NCBI RefSeq assembly: GCF_964213995.1
Contig: NC_135814.1
Span: 103,726,001-103,790,000, forward strand
Length of the DNA: 64,000 nucleotides
Source: Mustelus asterias
Lineage: Eukaryota
Direction of reading: 5' to 3'
Shown here: positions 11,866-24,592 of the stretch, one piece after another
Layout: every line of letters begins with the position of its first letter
Position numbering within the stretch: the first letter of the stretch is position 1
Program-made: the position numbers and the translations under genes
The notes under the pieces: model-generated
What the model saw: only the letters and a program-made list of their open reading frames with translations
What the model was told of the DNA's origin: nothing
Databases searched by the model: none

Positions 11866-11965
11866 GAAGTTCTGATGAAAGGTCGCAGATCTGAAATGAT
11901 AATTCTGGCTTCCTCCACAGATGCTGCCAGATCTGCTGAGTACTTCCAGCATTTTCTGTTTTTCT
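11866..11965 (+). mobile_element. Family P1 Penelope-like terminus with hammerhead-like core
   Basis: CTGATGA-A-AGGTC-GCA-GATCT-GAAA at 11872-11896, followed by ccacagatgctgccagatctgctgagtacttccagcattttctgttttt (as in 280-447). Confidence 0.7.
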
Positions 11966-13534
11966 GATCGTCTCCTAACTGCCCTTTGAATTGGCCAAGC
12001 AAACCTCCAAGTTGAGTCAACCACCACACCTTCAGTAGTCCAAGGTGACTCACCACCATCTTCCCAGGACAACTAGACGTTGACAATGAATAAACATAAA
12101 CACATTCTGGGCAGCACCGCTTATTTTTTAAATCTGTAGCGAATAGTCTCAAACAGGGGAAGAAGAGATAAACAGCAACTGGCATGGACCATTGTATGAT
12201 TAATACAAATATGATTAGCCCCAGAGCACTACAGGAACAAAGGGTTCCAACATCAAGGTTATTTTACAACTGGTGTGCTCCGAAAAGAACCATAACCCTA
12301 ACTTAAATAAACACCATGCTGAGAATGCACAGCAGGAAAGAGGAGCACCCAGATTCATGTTTCAGACGGGACCCTCTATCAAACAATGAAAGGGTCCCAC
12401 GCAGCACAACATCCCTTCTCCTTTCAGATGGTATGCGCTTTCCAGCAAACTCTGCATATCAGATCTCCTGGATTGACCTTTTTCCCTTTATCCTTGCGGA
12501 AACTGCAGTTAGTTCCCACGGGTGTGCAACAGCCAATCCACTAATGTAAACCATTTTAATCAGACAGCAGAAGGAGCAAATTTAAACAGAAACTCAATGC
12601 AACATATCCTTTGGGTAAGAAATTTTAAAAGAAACCAGTGCAGAGAGTGATGCCATAGTCTGGGTCTTGCTATTGTTCAAATGCATCACACCCAAATTAC
12701 CTCCAACTTCAAAGGGACACACTTGTCAATTCCATGAGTTCACACCAATTCCTTTAAATTCAGCCATCAACATTGAAGCAAACTGGACGATACTTTGACA
12801 GTGTTTCTCTCCTGGATAAAGGCAGGTGCCATTAGACCCAATTCCCCAGGGCACATATAGCAGCCAATTTGCAGAGAAAATGCATCATGTCCTTCAAGTA
12901 CGCTTCATGACATGTGAAATCTGCAGGTGTTAAGCAAAAATTAATTCTCGCAGAAGTATAATGGACAGCTTATATTAACCTGTAGACCTCTGCCTGCTGG
13001 GTCGCTACTCTAGAACTCTGATCCCCATTACTGAAAAGGCATCGAATTACTACAGATAATGAACCGGAGGGTACCTGAAGGCAGATGTGACCACAGATTT
13101 CTATTAGATTTTATTTTAAATTCTACCACGTTATACGTATTCCCAACAATTATTTTGTACACGCTAAGCCAAGTGCAGCAGGCCGGGTCTGTAATGTAAT
13201 TTACAGTGCTTTATGTTATTGGCCACAGCATGTCATTCAGGTCAGATAGCATCAATGCCACTTGCACTATAAAAGATGGTCCATTTATATATAAATCATG
13301 CACCATCTGGAGTTGTGCTCCACAACCCCTCCCCCCAACATCTTCCACATACATTTTTAGTCTTGAATTTAAATAAAAGCCAACGGAGGTGCGTTTAGGA
13401 ATGACTTTTGCAATCCAGAGAGAGTTATTTTAATTGGAATATTGAAATGAAAGCAGGCACCTATAATAGAGTCCCTATCTTGAATATTTATAACCAATGT
13501 AGCATGAAAACGCACAGACAACAATCCCAGGCTC

Positions 13535-13727
13535 AAGAGGCAGTGGTATTGTCACTGGACTAGTAATCCAGAAACCCAGAGCAAGATCTGGGAACCCAGG
13601 TTCAAATCCCACCACGGTACTTGGTGAAATTTGAATTCAACAAAAAAAAAAGTGGAATTATTTAGGGACGGGCAATAAATACTGGCCCAGCCAGCGACGC
13701 TCACATCCCGCGAAATGAATTTTTAAA
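13535..13727 (+). mobile_element. Second tRNA-derived SINE family, internally deleted
   Basis: gtggtattgtcactggactagtaatccaga...ggttcaaatcccacc head; tail gggcaataaatactggcccagccagcgacgctcacatccc. Related copies at 36706-36797, 49650-50000, 61605-61785 and 61855-62525. Confidence 0.7.
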
Positions 13728-15602
13728 AATGACTCCTCCATGATCTCTGCTGGTGTGGGGTTGAAGCACAACAATTGAGCTAATTATCAGGGAAAGGGAG
13801 TGGGTGGGGGGCACACAGAAAGAGAATGCATCAGGGGCTCCCACTCCTGCTATCCTTGTCTCTTTACGAGGACATCGGGTGAAAACAGGAATGTGTTCAT
13901 CTGTGAAGAATGCCACAGTCAAACAGTGGTCACTTCAGCTAGGGACTGGACATGAGCAAGGGAAAAGGTACAGTGTCAATCAACCACTGCAGCATGAGGT
14001 AGGGCGGGGTTGGGGGTCAGTTCAGTGGGTTGGCAAAAAGTAGTGAGTAATACAGCTGCAGTTTAAGTAAAAGGGTTCAAAAGGAGATCATAAACCTCTC
14101 TACTCTAATCCCCCGCAGGTTGTTCAATTCTTACAGAGAAAGGGGTGAGTAATTATTCATAGGAGCATTCAGGAATAGCTCTCAATGTCCCATATGGTCA
14201 GTCCGTGGACATTAAGTTACTGCCGAGAGAACCGTGCAACTTCAATGCTTCAAACGGAGTAATGGATGCTGTGGAATTGCACTGTCGTACAATTCACACA
14301 AGGGAACAAGTCGCACAGCTGTGATGAAATACTGTGCGAAACTTGCATTACCACAGAGCAGTAGCATGTGTGCAGGTCAGCTCGGAACTGCCGACAGACC
14401 AATCAACACATTCCACAAAGGCCGTCCTGTTACTCGTACCTTCAGTAGGGCTGAAAAATCTCATGACAATGTTTGAAACATCGAGTTGGATCTGACAATG
14501 GGGTGCGAATTGCTGCCACTGAGGGACTCCAAAACTCTCACTGTCAATTTTTAAAAGTGACAATTCCGAGCACTTCCAAGACCCAACCTGCTCTGAAGGC
14601 TGAGGAAGATCTGAAAACAACACTGGAGGCCGAGTGATCAAACACTGTGGCTACTTAGCACTGGAGGAGCCTGGCAAGAAGTTTAAAAACGGAGAATCTG
14701 GTTACCTAATGCCCCAAATCAATGAAATGCGTGCTAATCGGCTGGATCCTAAATTGTTTTGTGGCAGTCTCCGGAAGCCCATTTCAAATACCCTTTTAAC
14801 TTTACCGCACAATTGTCAGCCTCCTTCTGCTCTCTTTCTTCTCTCCTCAATTATCCACCCTTTTTTTGTACTTTACAGATTTGCACAGCTTTGGATATTT
14901 AAGAAAAATGTATTTTCTAGCCCTGCACATATTATAAAAGCAGTTGACCTGGATTGAGTTACAAGCTGCAGCACAATCTCTGGTTTGATTTACATAAACT
15001 GACGGCAGCTTCAATCTCCCAGCTAATGACATCATCCACGTTTGCCTGCAGCTTTGAATTCCACTCCTGATCAACTCTTAAGGCTATATAGTTCATGATT
15101 TATATCAGACATTCGCGGGACATGAATTCAGCCTACACCACAGCATTTATGAAATGAAGAGACTGCCTCCTTCCTCTGTCCTTGCAAACCCATTCCAAAG
15201 GGGCTGACTCTGCTACGTGCTCCACACTCAGCTCTCAGCCAAAGAATCCAAGACAGGAAATTAGAGTGCAGGTTTGGTCAAAGCTTCAGCTTACATCTGA
15301 GGCTCTTTTACTGACATCCAACTTTCCTCTTTACATTCACAAAGTTTCACAGAATGGAAAAAAGCTGCAGAAGTCTCCAGAGCTGAACAAAACTTGCTTT
15401 CAACTCAACCCAAAATGTCATCACTGCGGTCTTGAGATGCCGCAATTTGTTCACCAGTCCGTTAACTCTATAGTAACTTGGTCGAATAGTTGAGTCTAAC
15501 GCTCACAAACAGGGTTGCACACTTTTTCCCCACACTCAGTAATGCTGGTGAGCAGTTACGTTGAAGTAGCGAGCCCAGCTAGCCCTGTTCATACACCTCT
15601 CT

Positions 15603-15897
15603 GGGCGGCACGGTGGCACAGTGGTTAGCACTACTGCCTCACAGTGCCAGGGATCAGAGTTTGATTCCCGGCTTGGGTCACTGTCTGTGTGGAGTTTGCA
15701 CGTCCTCCCCGTGTCTGCGTGGGTTTCCTCCGGGTGCTCCAGTTTCCTCCCACAGTCCGAAAGATGTGCTGGTTAGGGTGCATTGGCCGTGCTAAATTCT
15801 CCCTCAGTGTGCCCGAACAGAGTGTGGTGACTAGGGGATTTTCACAGTAACTTCACTATAAGTCTACTTGTGACACCAATAAATAAACTTAAAAACT
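15603..15897 (+). mobile_element. HE1-like SINE with alternative tail B
   Basis: Same head and core as tail-A copies, then ctcagtgtgcccgaacag...ggggattttcacagtaactt...cttgtgacaccaataaataaactt. Confidence 0.9.
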
Positions 15898-16599
15898 TAA
15901 ACATTCACTCGGTCCATTCACCCTCCTTCTCCCACCCACCGATACAAAACTAAATTTGGAATGCTGGATTGAGAGAGAAAATGAAGCATCACAGTGAGTT
16001 GAACTGGCCATCACTTGACATGTTGCTGAAATGGTGGAACAGGTGCACAGTGCAGCTCTGACTGTAAACGCAAAGCATGTGGAGTCTAACCTTAAATGGG
16101 AGCCATCCAACAAAATTATTCAGTTAACACAATGCATGTTGATGGAAAAACTTGGGATTTCAATTAACTCAAAAAGCATGTGTCATGCAGGTGTTCAGGA
16201 CAGCCATTTGCTGGTGTTGAAAAGTTAAACAGCTTAATAACTCATGACAATATTTCAAACAAGATGATCAAGACTATTCCGGTTTTAGAAAGTGATTCTA
16301 CCATTCCTGACCCTGTGCAGGACGTGGTTTGACTTCAAGGGTTATGTAAACACCGAGGCAGAATGGTGTTGGGAGTTCCATTTGATCTATGCTATGCGCA
16401 TATTGTCATCTAACTCAGTTGGTGAGACAACTGTTGAAGCAAGTTTCAACACCCACTTTTCTCAGGAGAGCGCTGCAATGCAGGCCTGTTGAAAAGGCCC
16501 CTTCTTTAAGAGATGTTAAACAAGGATGGTCGCTGCCTGTGAGTGGATTGATAAGGGCTTCAAGATACATCAGCGGTAAAGAGTGTTTCTGATCCTAGA

Positions 16600-17030
16600 A
16601 AGCATAGCAATATGTTTGAGTTATAAGGAGAGGCTGGATAGACTGGAGCATAGATGAGGGGTGATCTTATAGAAGTCTATAAAATAATGAGGGGCATAGA
16701 TCATCTAGATAGTCAATATCTTTTCCCAAAGGTAGGGGAGTCTAAAACTAGAGGGCATAGGTTTAAGGTGAGAGATACAAAAGTGCCCAGAGGGGCAATT
16801 TTTTCACACAGAGGGTGGTGAGTGTCTGGAATAAGCTGCCAGAGGTAGTAGTAGAGGCGGGTACAATTTTGTCCTTTAAAAAGTGTTTAGACAGTTACAT
16901 CGATGGGTATAGAGGGATATGGGCTAAGTGCGGGCAATTGGGACCAGCTTAAGGGTTTTTTAAAAAAAGGGCGGCATGGACAAATTGGGCCGAAGGGCCT
17001 GTTTCCATGCTGTAAACCTCTATGACTCTA
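16600..17030 (+). mobile_element. CR1 LINE 3' fragment
   Basis: Degenerate GDLIEVYKIMRGID...RVVSVWNKLPEVVVEA coding remnant; tail gggccgaagggcctgtttccatgctgtaaacctctatgactct. Confidence 0.9.
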
Positions 17031-17500
17031 ATATCCTCTCTCACCCAATATTAAACTCACATTCTGGTCACTTCACATGGACCACACGGAACCACAAAGC
17101 CACTGTCCTGACCCTTTTCGGTGTTTCGAGTTCACTATTGATCCTTGCATAAACACGGCCTTGAAAGCGAGAGAGGTGGGACAGTTTCCTGCTGTAACAG
17201 TCCACAATATAAAAGAGCAACAAATTATCAGCTAGTCAAAGGGGCGGCGGGGGGGGGGGGGAAACGACAAAACAATCAAGAACCTGCAAAAAATGAGAGA
17301 GGATCTCAGACTAATGAGAGAAAGGAGAAAGAACTTAAAGTTATCCAAATCAAAAAAAAACTTTGCAAACTCTCCTAATTGCTTACGATTGTAGAGTTCC
17401 AATTTGGCCCATCTCTTTCCTAGCTAATCAGAGTCAGCAGGCAGTTAAAAACAAGTGGCTTTGACTCAGCGAGGCAAGAATGGGGACATTGCGACCAAGA

Positions 17501-17810
17501 ATTATAGAATCCTTACAATGCAGAAGGAGACCATTGAGCCATTGAGCCTGCACCAACACCAATCCTACTCGGCTGTATCCCCATAACCCCACTATTAACC
17601 CTGCTAATCCCCCCTCACACTAAGGGACAATTTAGCATGACTTATCAACCTAACCCGCATATCTTTGGAGTGAGAGAGAAACCAGAGCACCCGGAGGAAA
17701 TTCACGCAGACACAGGGAGAATGTGCAAACTCCACACAGTCGCCCAAGAACAGAATTGAACCCTGGTTCCTGGCGCTGTGGGGCAGCGGTACTAACCACT
17801 GTGCCACCCA
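17501..17810 (-). mobile_element. HE1-like SINE (tail A)
   Basis: Reverse complement of the consensus head, core and tail. Confidence 0.88.
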
Positions 17811-18209
17811 CCATCCTCACCAGATTTTCACTTCCATGCACTTTTCAGTAATAGCTGCTTTATTACCATTCACAGCTAAAAGTGTGGCCGATATTTCCTG
17901 CTTTAGCTCAGGAATTCCAATTTTAATAGTGACACTGCTACTGCTGTCACAGCGGAGAGATCGGTTAACTCAGCATAGCTCATCTGGGTCATCTTCTGGA
18001 GAGAGGAGCCATTAATCATAACAACCATGGACTTGCAACTAACTGCAAACCTCATTGGATGGGAAATTAAGCAGAATGCACATTGGGTCCAATATGGACG
18101 CCACCTCGAAGAGGCTATGAGAATTAAAACTTTGCTGCCATGCTTACTGCACTCAGCATCCCACTCAAGAATTACAGAAATTTCTACTGCTAAGTATCAG
18201 ACTTCACTC

Positions 18210-18765
18210 TGGTAGCTCTCCTGTCTCTAGGGCAGTAGCTTGTGTACTTAAACCCTATTCCAAGACTTGAGCATATAATCTTGAGTGCAGAAGTGAGGAA
18301 GTGCTGCTTTGTTAAAGGTGCTGTCAATCAATAAGTTATTAAATTGACACTGTGCACCCAACCAGGAGGATTGCAAAAGAGAAACTGTTCTCTCAGTGTC
18401 ATATCCAAAATTTACACATAAAACAACACGAGATAGATTAATTAGTTAATAATTTGCCACTAGTGGGTTGTTGCTGTGAGGTCGGTGATTAGCCATAGTC
18501 CACAAAGGACCATAGGCATCTCTCTCCATTACAGAGGGGACATATCTTGCAGGTTACCACTCCAAATCACATGTGGGACAAGGCAAGGCAAAGAAGAAGC
18601 CCTCCATGAACTACCACAGCTGGTCCGAGTACTGAACCCATGCACAAATTGGTTAACGTGTTTGCCTCTAAAACAATGACTAGATTTCAAAAGTAATTAG
18701 TTGGTGGCAGTGTAGTTTGGAACAATCTGCAAGCATTTAAAAGATGCTATATCAATCCCAGTTTA
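18210..18765 (+). mobile_element. Ancient Deu-domain-like SINE, interrupted by an insert at ~18480-18645
   Basis: Similar to 20516-20935 and 43282-43630; tail aaaagatgctatatcaatcccagttt. Confidence 0.5.
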
Positions 18766-19252
18766 TTCATGCTCACTTTCAAATGGGAATTTTAGTCCCG
18801 TTTTTGGCTCTGTCCCAAAAGGATGGAGCAATTAAATAAAGGAAACAGTTTATTAAATATGGGTGTGATTGGAAGATAAGGAGTCAGTGCTCACATTCTG
18901 AAAATCATATTAAAATGATAGATATAGTTGGGATGCTTCGGAAATAACAGGCTGAAAGGTCAAGTCTTTTACTACTAGACTCATTTTATCTTCAGCTGTA
19001 ATTAAGGAGAAGCGCACATTTGAGATTAGAATTAAAGGGTCACAACTCTGTGGTTTCATCTGATCTTTCCTTCAAATAATTTTCTTTTCAAGCAGCTTTG
19101 CTCCAACTAAAAATACTAACTGTACTGGGGCTAGTGGCATACATGTGAGCTAGTGAAAGGATGGTACAGTACGAGCTAGACATACATTTATCCAAAGCAA
19201 AATTTAACAATACCACAAAAGACCAAAACATTTAGCAATACCACAAAAGTGA

Positions 19253-19335
19253 GTCAGGATGGCCAAGCGGTCTGAGGCGTTGCGTTCAGGTCGCAGTCTC
19301 TTCGGGAGACGTGGGTTCAAATCCCACACCTGACA
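19253..19335 (+). tRNA. tRNA-Leu(CAG) gene or recent pseudogene
   Basis: GTCAGGATGGCCAAGCGGTCTGAGGCGTTGCGTTCAGGTCGCAGTCTCTTCGGGAGACGTGGGTTCAAATCCCACACCTGACA: 83 nt, CAG anticodon, long variable arm, A and B boxes, TTTT 4 nt downstream. One A-A mismatch in the acceptor stem and several other substitutions. Confidence 0.85.
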
Positions 19336-19344
19336 TAGATTTTG

Positions 19345-19643
19345 AGGCGGTACAGTGGCTAGCACTGCTGCTTCACAGCACCAGGGACATGGGTTCAATT
19401 CCCAGCTTGGGTCACTGTCTGTGTGGAGTTTGCACGTTCTCCCCGTGTCTGTGTGGATTTCCTCCGGGTGCTTCGGTTTCCTCCCACAGTCCGAGAGACG
19501 TGCTGGTTAGGGTGCATTGACCATGCTAAATTCTCTCTTAGTGTACCCAAACAGGTGCCGGAGTGTGGTGACTAGGGGAATTTCACAGTAACTTTACTGC
19601 AATGTTAAAGCAAGCCTTACGTGTGACTAATTAATAAATAAAT
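19345..19643 (+). mobile_element. HE1-like SINE (tail B) immediately downstream of the tRNA-Leu
   Basis: ggcggtacagtggctagcactg...tgtgactaattaataaataa. Confidence 0.9.
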
Positions 19644-19730
19644 AAGACAGCATCTCATGTGGGATGGAGTCATACAGGCAAGGTGGTGCCACATTCAAAC
19701 TGTAGCGTGAGTGGAGAGTCCACTCCACTC

Positions 19731-20052
19731 ATGCCTCACAGCTCCAGGTACCCGGGTTCAATTCCGGCCTTGGGTGACCGCCTGTGTGGACTTTGCACAT
19801 TTTCCCCATTTCTGCGTGGCTTTCCTCCGGTTTCCTCCCACAGTACAAAGATATGCAGGTTAGGTGGATTAGCCATGCTAAATTGCCTCTTAGTGTCCTA
19901 AGATGTTGAGGTCAGATGGATTAGCTGTGATAAATGCGTGGAGTTATGGGGATAGGATGTAGTATAGGGCCTGAGTAAATTACTCTGTCAGAGAGTCGGT
20001 GCAGACTCGATGGGCCGAATAGCCTCTTCTGCACTGTCAGGATTCTATGATT
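19731..20052 (+). mobile_element. HE1-like SINE (tail A)
   Basis: Core plus tail gggattctatgatt. Confidence 0.88.
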
Positions 20053-20101
20053 GTATACAGGATGGCAGGAGGAATGCTAAAACTTGCACCAGAACCAATG
20101 G

Positions 20102-20121
20102 GTGTGTGTGTGTGTGTGTGT
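20102..20121. repeat. (GT)n microsatellite
   Basis: About 10 GT units. Confidence 0.9.
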
Positions 20122-20177
20122 ATTACTGAGAAAATAATTGCTACCTGAATACATTGGATAGTGGTACAGAATTGCTT

Positions 20178-20495
20178 TAGAATCATAGAATCCTATAGTG
20201 CAGAAGGAGACCATTCAGCCCATCAAGTCTGCATCAACTACAATCCTGCCCAGGCCTTATCCCCATAACCCCATGCATTTACCCTCGCTAGTCCCCCTGA
20301 CACTAAGGGGCAATTTAGCATGGCCAATCCATCTAACCCGGACATCTTTGAACTGTGGGAGGAAACCAGAGCACCCGGAGGAAATCCATGCAGACACGGG
20401 GAGAACGTGAAAACTGCACACAGACAGTGACCCAAGCCGGGAGTTGAACCCGGGTCCCTGGCGCTGAGAGGCAGGAGTGCTAACCAGTGTGTCAC
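20178..20495 (-). mobile_element. HE1-like SINE (tail A)
   Basis: Reverse complement of the consensus. Confidence 0.9.
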
Positions 20496-20515
20496 TTTGG
20501 AAGTCTTCAGCTTTC

Positions 20516-20935
20516 ACTCAGTAGTGGCAACATTTGCCTCCAAGTCACAGATTGAGGAAGGTGGAAGTCCAGTTCCAAGATTTGAACACAATCTAGAACA
20601 ACTCTAATGCCGTGCTGCCCTGCCTAAGTGCTGTCTTTTGCATCAGACATTAAACTGAGGCTCCGTCTGCCTTGTTAGATGAAAGTAAAAGGTGCTGTGG
20701 TCTAATTCAAAGACCAGTGTTTGGACCAATATTCATTCTTTAAGCAACAATGCTAAAACAGATGAACTGGTGATCGATTGCAGTACTCTTAGTAGGAGCA
20801 CATGCGCACAAATTGGCAAGTGAATTTCCCAATAAAACAAGTGAACGCACTTCAAAACAGCCATATTGGTCATGATGTGTTCTGGGATGTCCCGAGAATG
20901 TGAAAGGCGCGATATGAATGCAAATACATTTTTTT
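20516..20935 (+). mobile_element. Deu-domain SINE (SacSINE1/AmnSINE1-like), diverged
   Basis: gtgctgtcttttgcatcagacattaaactgaggctccgtctgcc...gcgcacaaattggc...gaaaggcgcgatatgaatgcaa resembles the recalled Deu core and L2-type tail. Confidence 0.65.
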
Positions 20936-21549
20936 GAAGAGACAGTAGAAGAGGATCTAATTTCCTCTTCTATTTCTAAAGTAGAAGCATGTTTCAAATA
21001 TGCAAAAGTTTTCAGTCCTTAAACTGAGCAATGAGGGAGAAGCAGCAAAGCAGAGACATCACTCAGCACAAGGCCCAGATCCTGCTCACTCTATAGTCTT
21101 GAAGCAGAAGCATGCTCAACCTACGGCTGTCTGCCAGTTGCCTGGCCCTGTGTCAGCTGTGAAGCATAAATCAGTGCCTGTATCATAACCAGCCAAGCCA
21201 GCACACAACAAGGCTCTTGTTCTAACTCATGATCTAACATTCAACTGCCAGCACAGCAATGATCTTACTTTGAACATTTCTAAATCAAGGGGATGTTGGA
21301 AGGCGTGGGGGTGGTGCGTGTGTGTGCATATGGACGGTATAGGATGATGTAGACCAAGATCATCACCCACATCCATTGACGCACAGTAGGTTCCTTTCGC
21401 ACAATGCAGCACATTAACAAGTTGGCAGGGACTCAAGTGTCCATTAACAGATTTGCGAGAGTTTGGAAGGGGAGATAAAGATTTCACACCACTGCACTGG
21501 TAGTAACTTCAACTTTCTGAACCAGTCAACTCAGCCAATCAATTCTAAC

Positions 21550-21854
21550 AAGTTTAAAGTTTATATATTAGTAAGCTTAGACTAACAGCGCAATGAAGTT
21601 ACTGTGAAAATCCCTTAATCACGACACTCCGGTGCCTGTTCAGGTACACCGAGGGAGAATTTAGCGTGGCCAATGCACCTAACCAGCACACCTTTCAGAC
21701 TGTGGGAGGAAACCAGAGCACCTAGAAGAAACCCACAGAGACATGGGGAGAACGTGCAGACTCCACACAGACAGTGACCCAAGCCGGGAATTGAACCCGG
21801 AGTCCCCGGTGCTGTGAGACAGTAATGCTAACCACTATGCCATCGTGCCGCCCA
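21550..21854 (-). mobile_element. HE1-like SINE (tail B)
   Basis: aagtttaaagttta...gcaatgaagttactgtgaaaatcc...core...gtgccgccc. Confidence 0.9.
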
Positions 21855-23061
21855 CAAGTCAACCTCAGATGATATCACATCAAGTTTTATTCAGATTTAT
21901 TAAAAAAGGTTTCACACCAGAGTTTTTCTTGAAGTAATTCAAAAAAACTTACAGCAAATGAGATACTGCGACAAGTTACCAAAGTAGTCCAGGATTAATC
22001 TATTAATTTTTTGTGTTTACCATTATTTATTAAACGTACTTTTTTTTGTCATTTTTATCTTAATCTTTCCTGGAGGCATAGATTATTTTTGGGGCATGAT
22101 TCTAGCATCTCATCCTCCTTTATTGTCTGAACACCATGCCAGTATGATGTGTGACAGCTATCACAACACCTCAGTTGGGGACAAACTCTTTGGAAAAAAG
22201 AATCAGCCAGAGTTTTTGTTCTGATGTTTACTGATGTCCATGAGTATGGACATTGGGCGAGCTCAGGATTGGGTTGGACTGTGAACCTTTCCATGGCCCA
22301 ATACCTTGCCAATAATCACTGCAAAAGCTCAGAATAAGAATGGCAAGTTTAGAAGGTATGCAGAGATGCTGTAACCATAAAACCTGAACACAAATGGATC
22401 AGTAACTGCAGAGGAGAACATGTCAAAAGCTATAGAGGAAAATGTGACTTTGGAAGAATAGAGGTAGGGTAGTAGTAAAACTACCATCAGGCTAAGTGTT
22501 AAAGTACTGAAAATTTGCTCACATTGGAAGTTCTTGTTTTAAAACCAAGGTACTAAAGTTTCTCGCACCCCTTCCTTTTTTAAAGGTCTTGACTCAAACT
22601 TCACAGTCATCACAGTATCTCAAGTAGTCAAGAGTTTTCTTGAAAAATGTCTATCTGGGACTGGGGGAGACTAAATGCAGCATTTTTCCAATCTATTACC
22701 AAAGGTAGACAACCGCAATAATAAATGATGTAATTCATCTTCAACGCTGCAGAGATTCAGTCAGAAGGACACTCTAGTTCCCTGCTCATTTGGCAATATT
22801 GCTCAGTATTATGTTGGCTTTATGGATTACTGATCTCTGATGACTGAAGTGGTCAGTATTGAATCCATTACCACTCTCATTTCATTTTACTCATTTTTAC
22901 AGCAACTTCATTGCAATGTTAATGTAAGCCTACTTGTGACACTAATAAAACAAACATAAAACAAACAAAAAACTCAGCCTCTGCCCTTACATCTTGAATC
23001 ACAATCATTAAGCGTATCGCCATTTTTTTCTTCTAATACGTTAACTCTTGCTGCTTCCTTC

Positions 23062-23563
23062 TGCACTACCAGAAGGACGTGGAGGTGTTAGAGAGAGTTC
23101 AGAGAAGGTTTACCAGGATGTTGCCTGGTATGGAGAGTCTTAGCTATGAGGAGAGATTGGGTAAACTGGGGTTGTTCTCCCTGGAAAGACGGAGAATGAG
23201 GGGAGATCTAATAGAGGTGTACAAGATTATGAAGGGTATAGATAGGGTGAACAGTGGGAAGCTTTTTCCCAGGTCGGAGGTGACGATCACGAGGGGTCAC
23301 GGGCTGAAGGTGAGAGGGGCGAAGTATAACTCAGATATCAGAGGGACGTTTTTTTACACAGAGGGTGGTGGGGGCTTGGAATGTGCGGCCAAGTACGGTG
23401 GTGGAGGCAGACACGCTGACATCGTTTAAGACTTACCTGGATAGTCACATGAGCAGCCTGGGAATGGAGGGATACAAACGATTGTTCTAGTTGGACCAAG
23501 GAGCGGCACAGGCTTGGAGGGCCGAAGGGCCTGTTTCCTGTGCTGTACTGTTCTTTGTTCTTT
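23062..23563 (+). mobile_element. CR1 LINE 3' fragment (young)
   Basis: ORF 23079-23429 LERVQRRFTRMLPG...GDLIEVYKIMKG; tail ctgttctttgttcttt. Confidence 0.95.
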
Positions 23564-23744
23564 ATTGAATTTTATCTACTGTAGATCCACTGACTTTCTG
23601 AAACTCCCGATTTCATTGTATTGCCCTATTCTCACCAACTCAATTTGGAAATATCTGAAAATTTGACCAACTGACATTCCAATTGAGCTTTATAAACAAC
23701 AGTGGGGCCATCCCAAATACTTGGGATTTAGTTAATCCATCAGT

Positions 23745-24060
23745 AGGGGCAGCACAGTGGTCAGCACTGCTCCCTCACAGTGCCAGGGACCCGGGTTCGA
23801 TTCCCGGCTTGGGTCACTGTCTGTGCAGAGTCTGCACATTCTCCCTGCGTCTGCGTGGGTTTCCTCCGAGTGCTCTGGTTTCCTCCCACAGTCCAAAGGT
23901 GTGCGGGTTAAGTGGATTGACCATGATAAATTGCCCCTTAATGTCAGGGAGATTAGCAGGGTAAATATGAGGGGTTATGGGGATAGGTCCTGGGTGGGAT
24001 TGTGGTTGCTGCAGACTCGATGGGCCGAATGGCCTCCTTCTGCACTGTAGGGAGTCTATC
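23745..24060 (+). mobile_element. HE1-like SINE (tail A)
   Basis: Consensus head, core and tail. Confidence 0.9.
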
Positions 24061-24244
24061 TCTTTTCTAGCCTGAAATGACTCCGTGAAGTCTAGTTTAT
24101 TCCCTTTCAGCCAACTCCTCATTCACCTCCCAAGTTTGACCTGGAATATCCAATACCTCCAGCTTGTGTACAGGACATACTCGAAACCTTTCTCAAAGTC
24201 TCATTATACTACATTATTAGGCTTTCAACATCTCTCTGGGTTGT

Positions 24245-24592
24245 CAGAGAATCCCTAGAGTGGAGGAGGAGGCCATTTGGCCCATCGAGTCTGCAACGAC
24301 TCTCTGACAAAGTATCATAACCATGCCCACCACCCCACCCTTTTCCCACAACCCTGCACATTTACTATGGCTAATCCATCTAACCTGCACATCTTGGGAA
24401 ACTAAGGGGCAATTTAGGATGCTCAATTCACCTAATGTGCACATTTTTGGACTGAGAGGGGAAACCAGAGCACCTGGAGGAAACCCATGCAGACACGGGG
24501 AGATGTGCAGACTTCACACAGACAATCACCTAAGGCTGGAATTGAACCCAGGTCCCTCACGCTGCGAGGCAGCAGTGCCACATGCCACCCAG
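24245..24592 (-). mobile_element. HE1-like SINE (tail A)
   Basis: Reverse complement of the consensus. Confidence 0.85.

Noticed and set aside
12410-12512. Plus-strand acceptor-like ttctcctttcag|ATGG
   Set aside because: The ATG frame closes within 28 codons, there is no recognisable product, and it is antisense to RAPH1.
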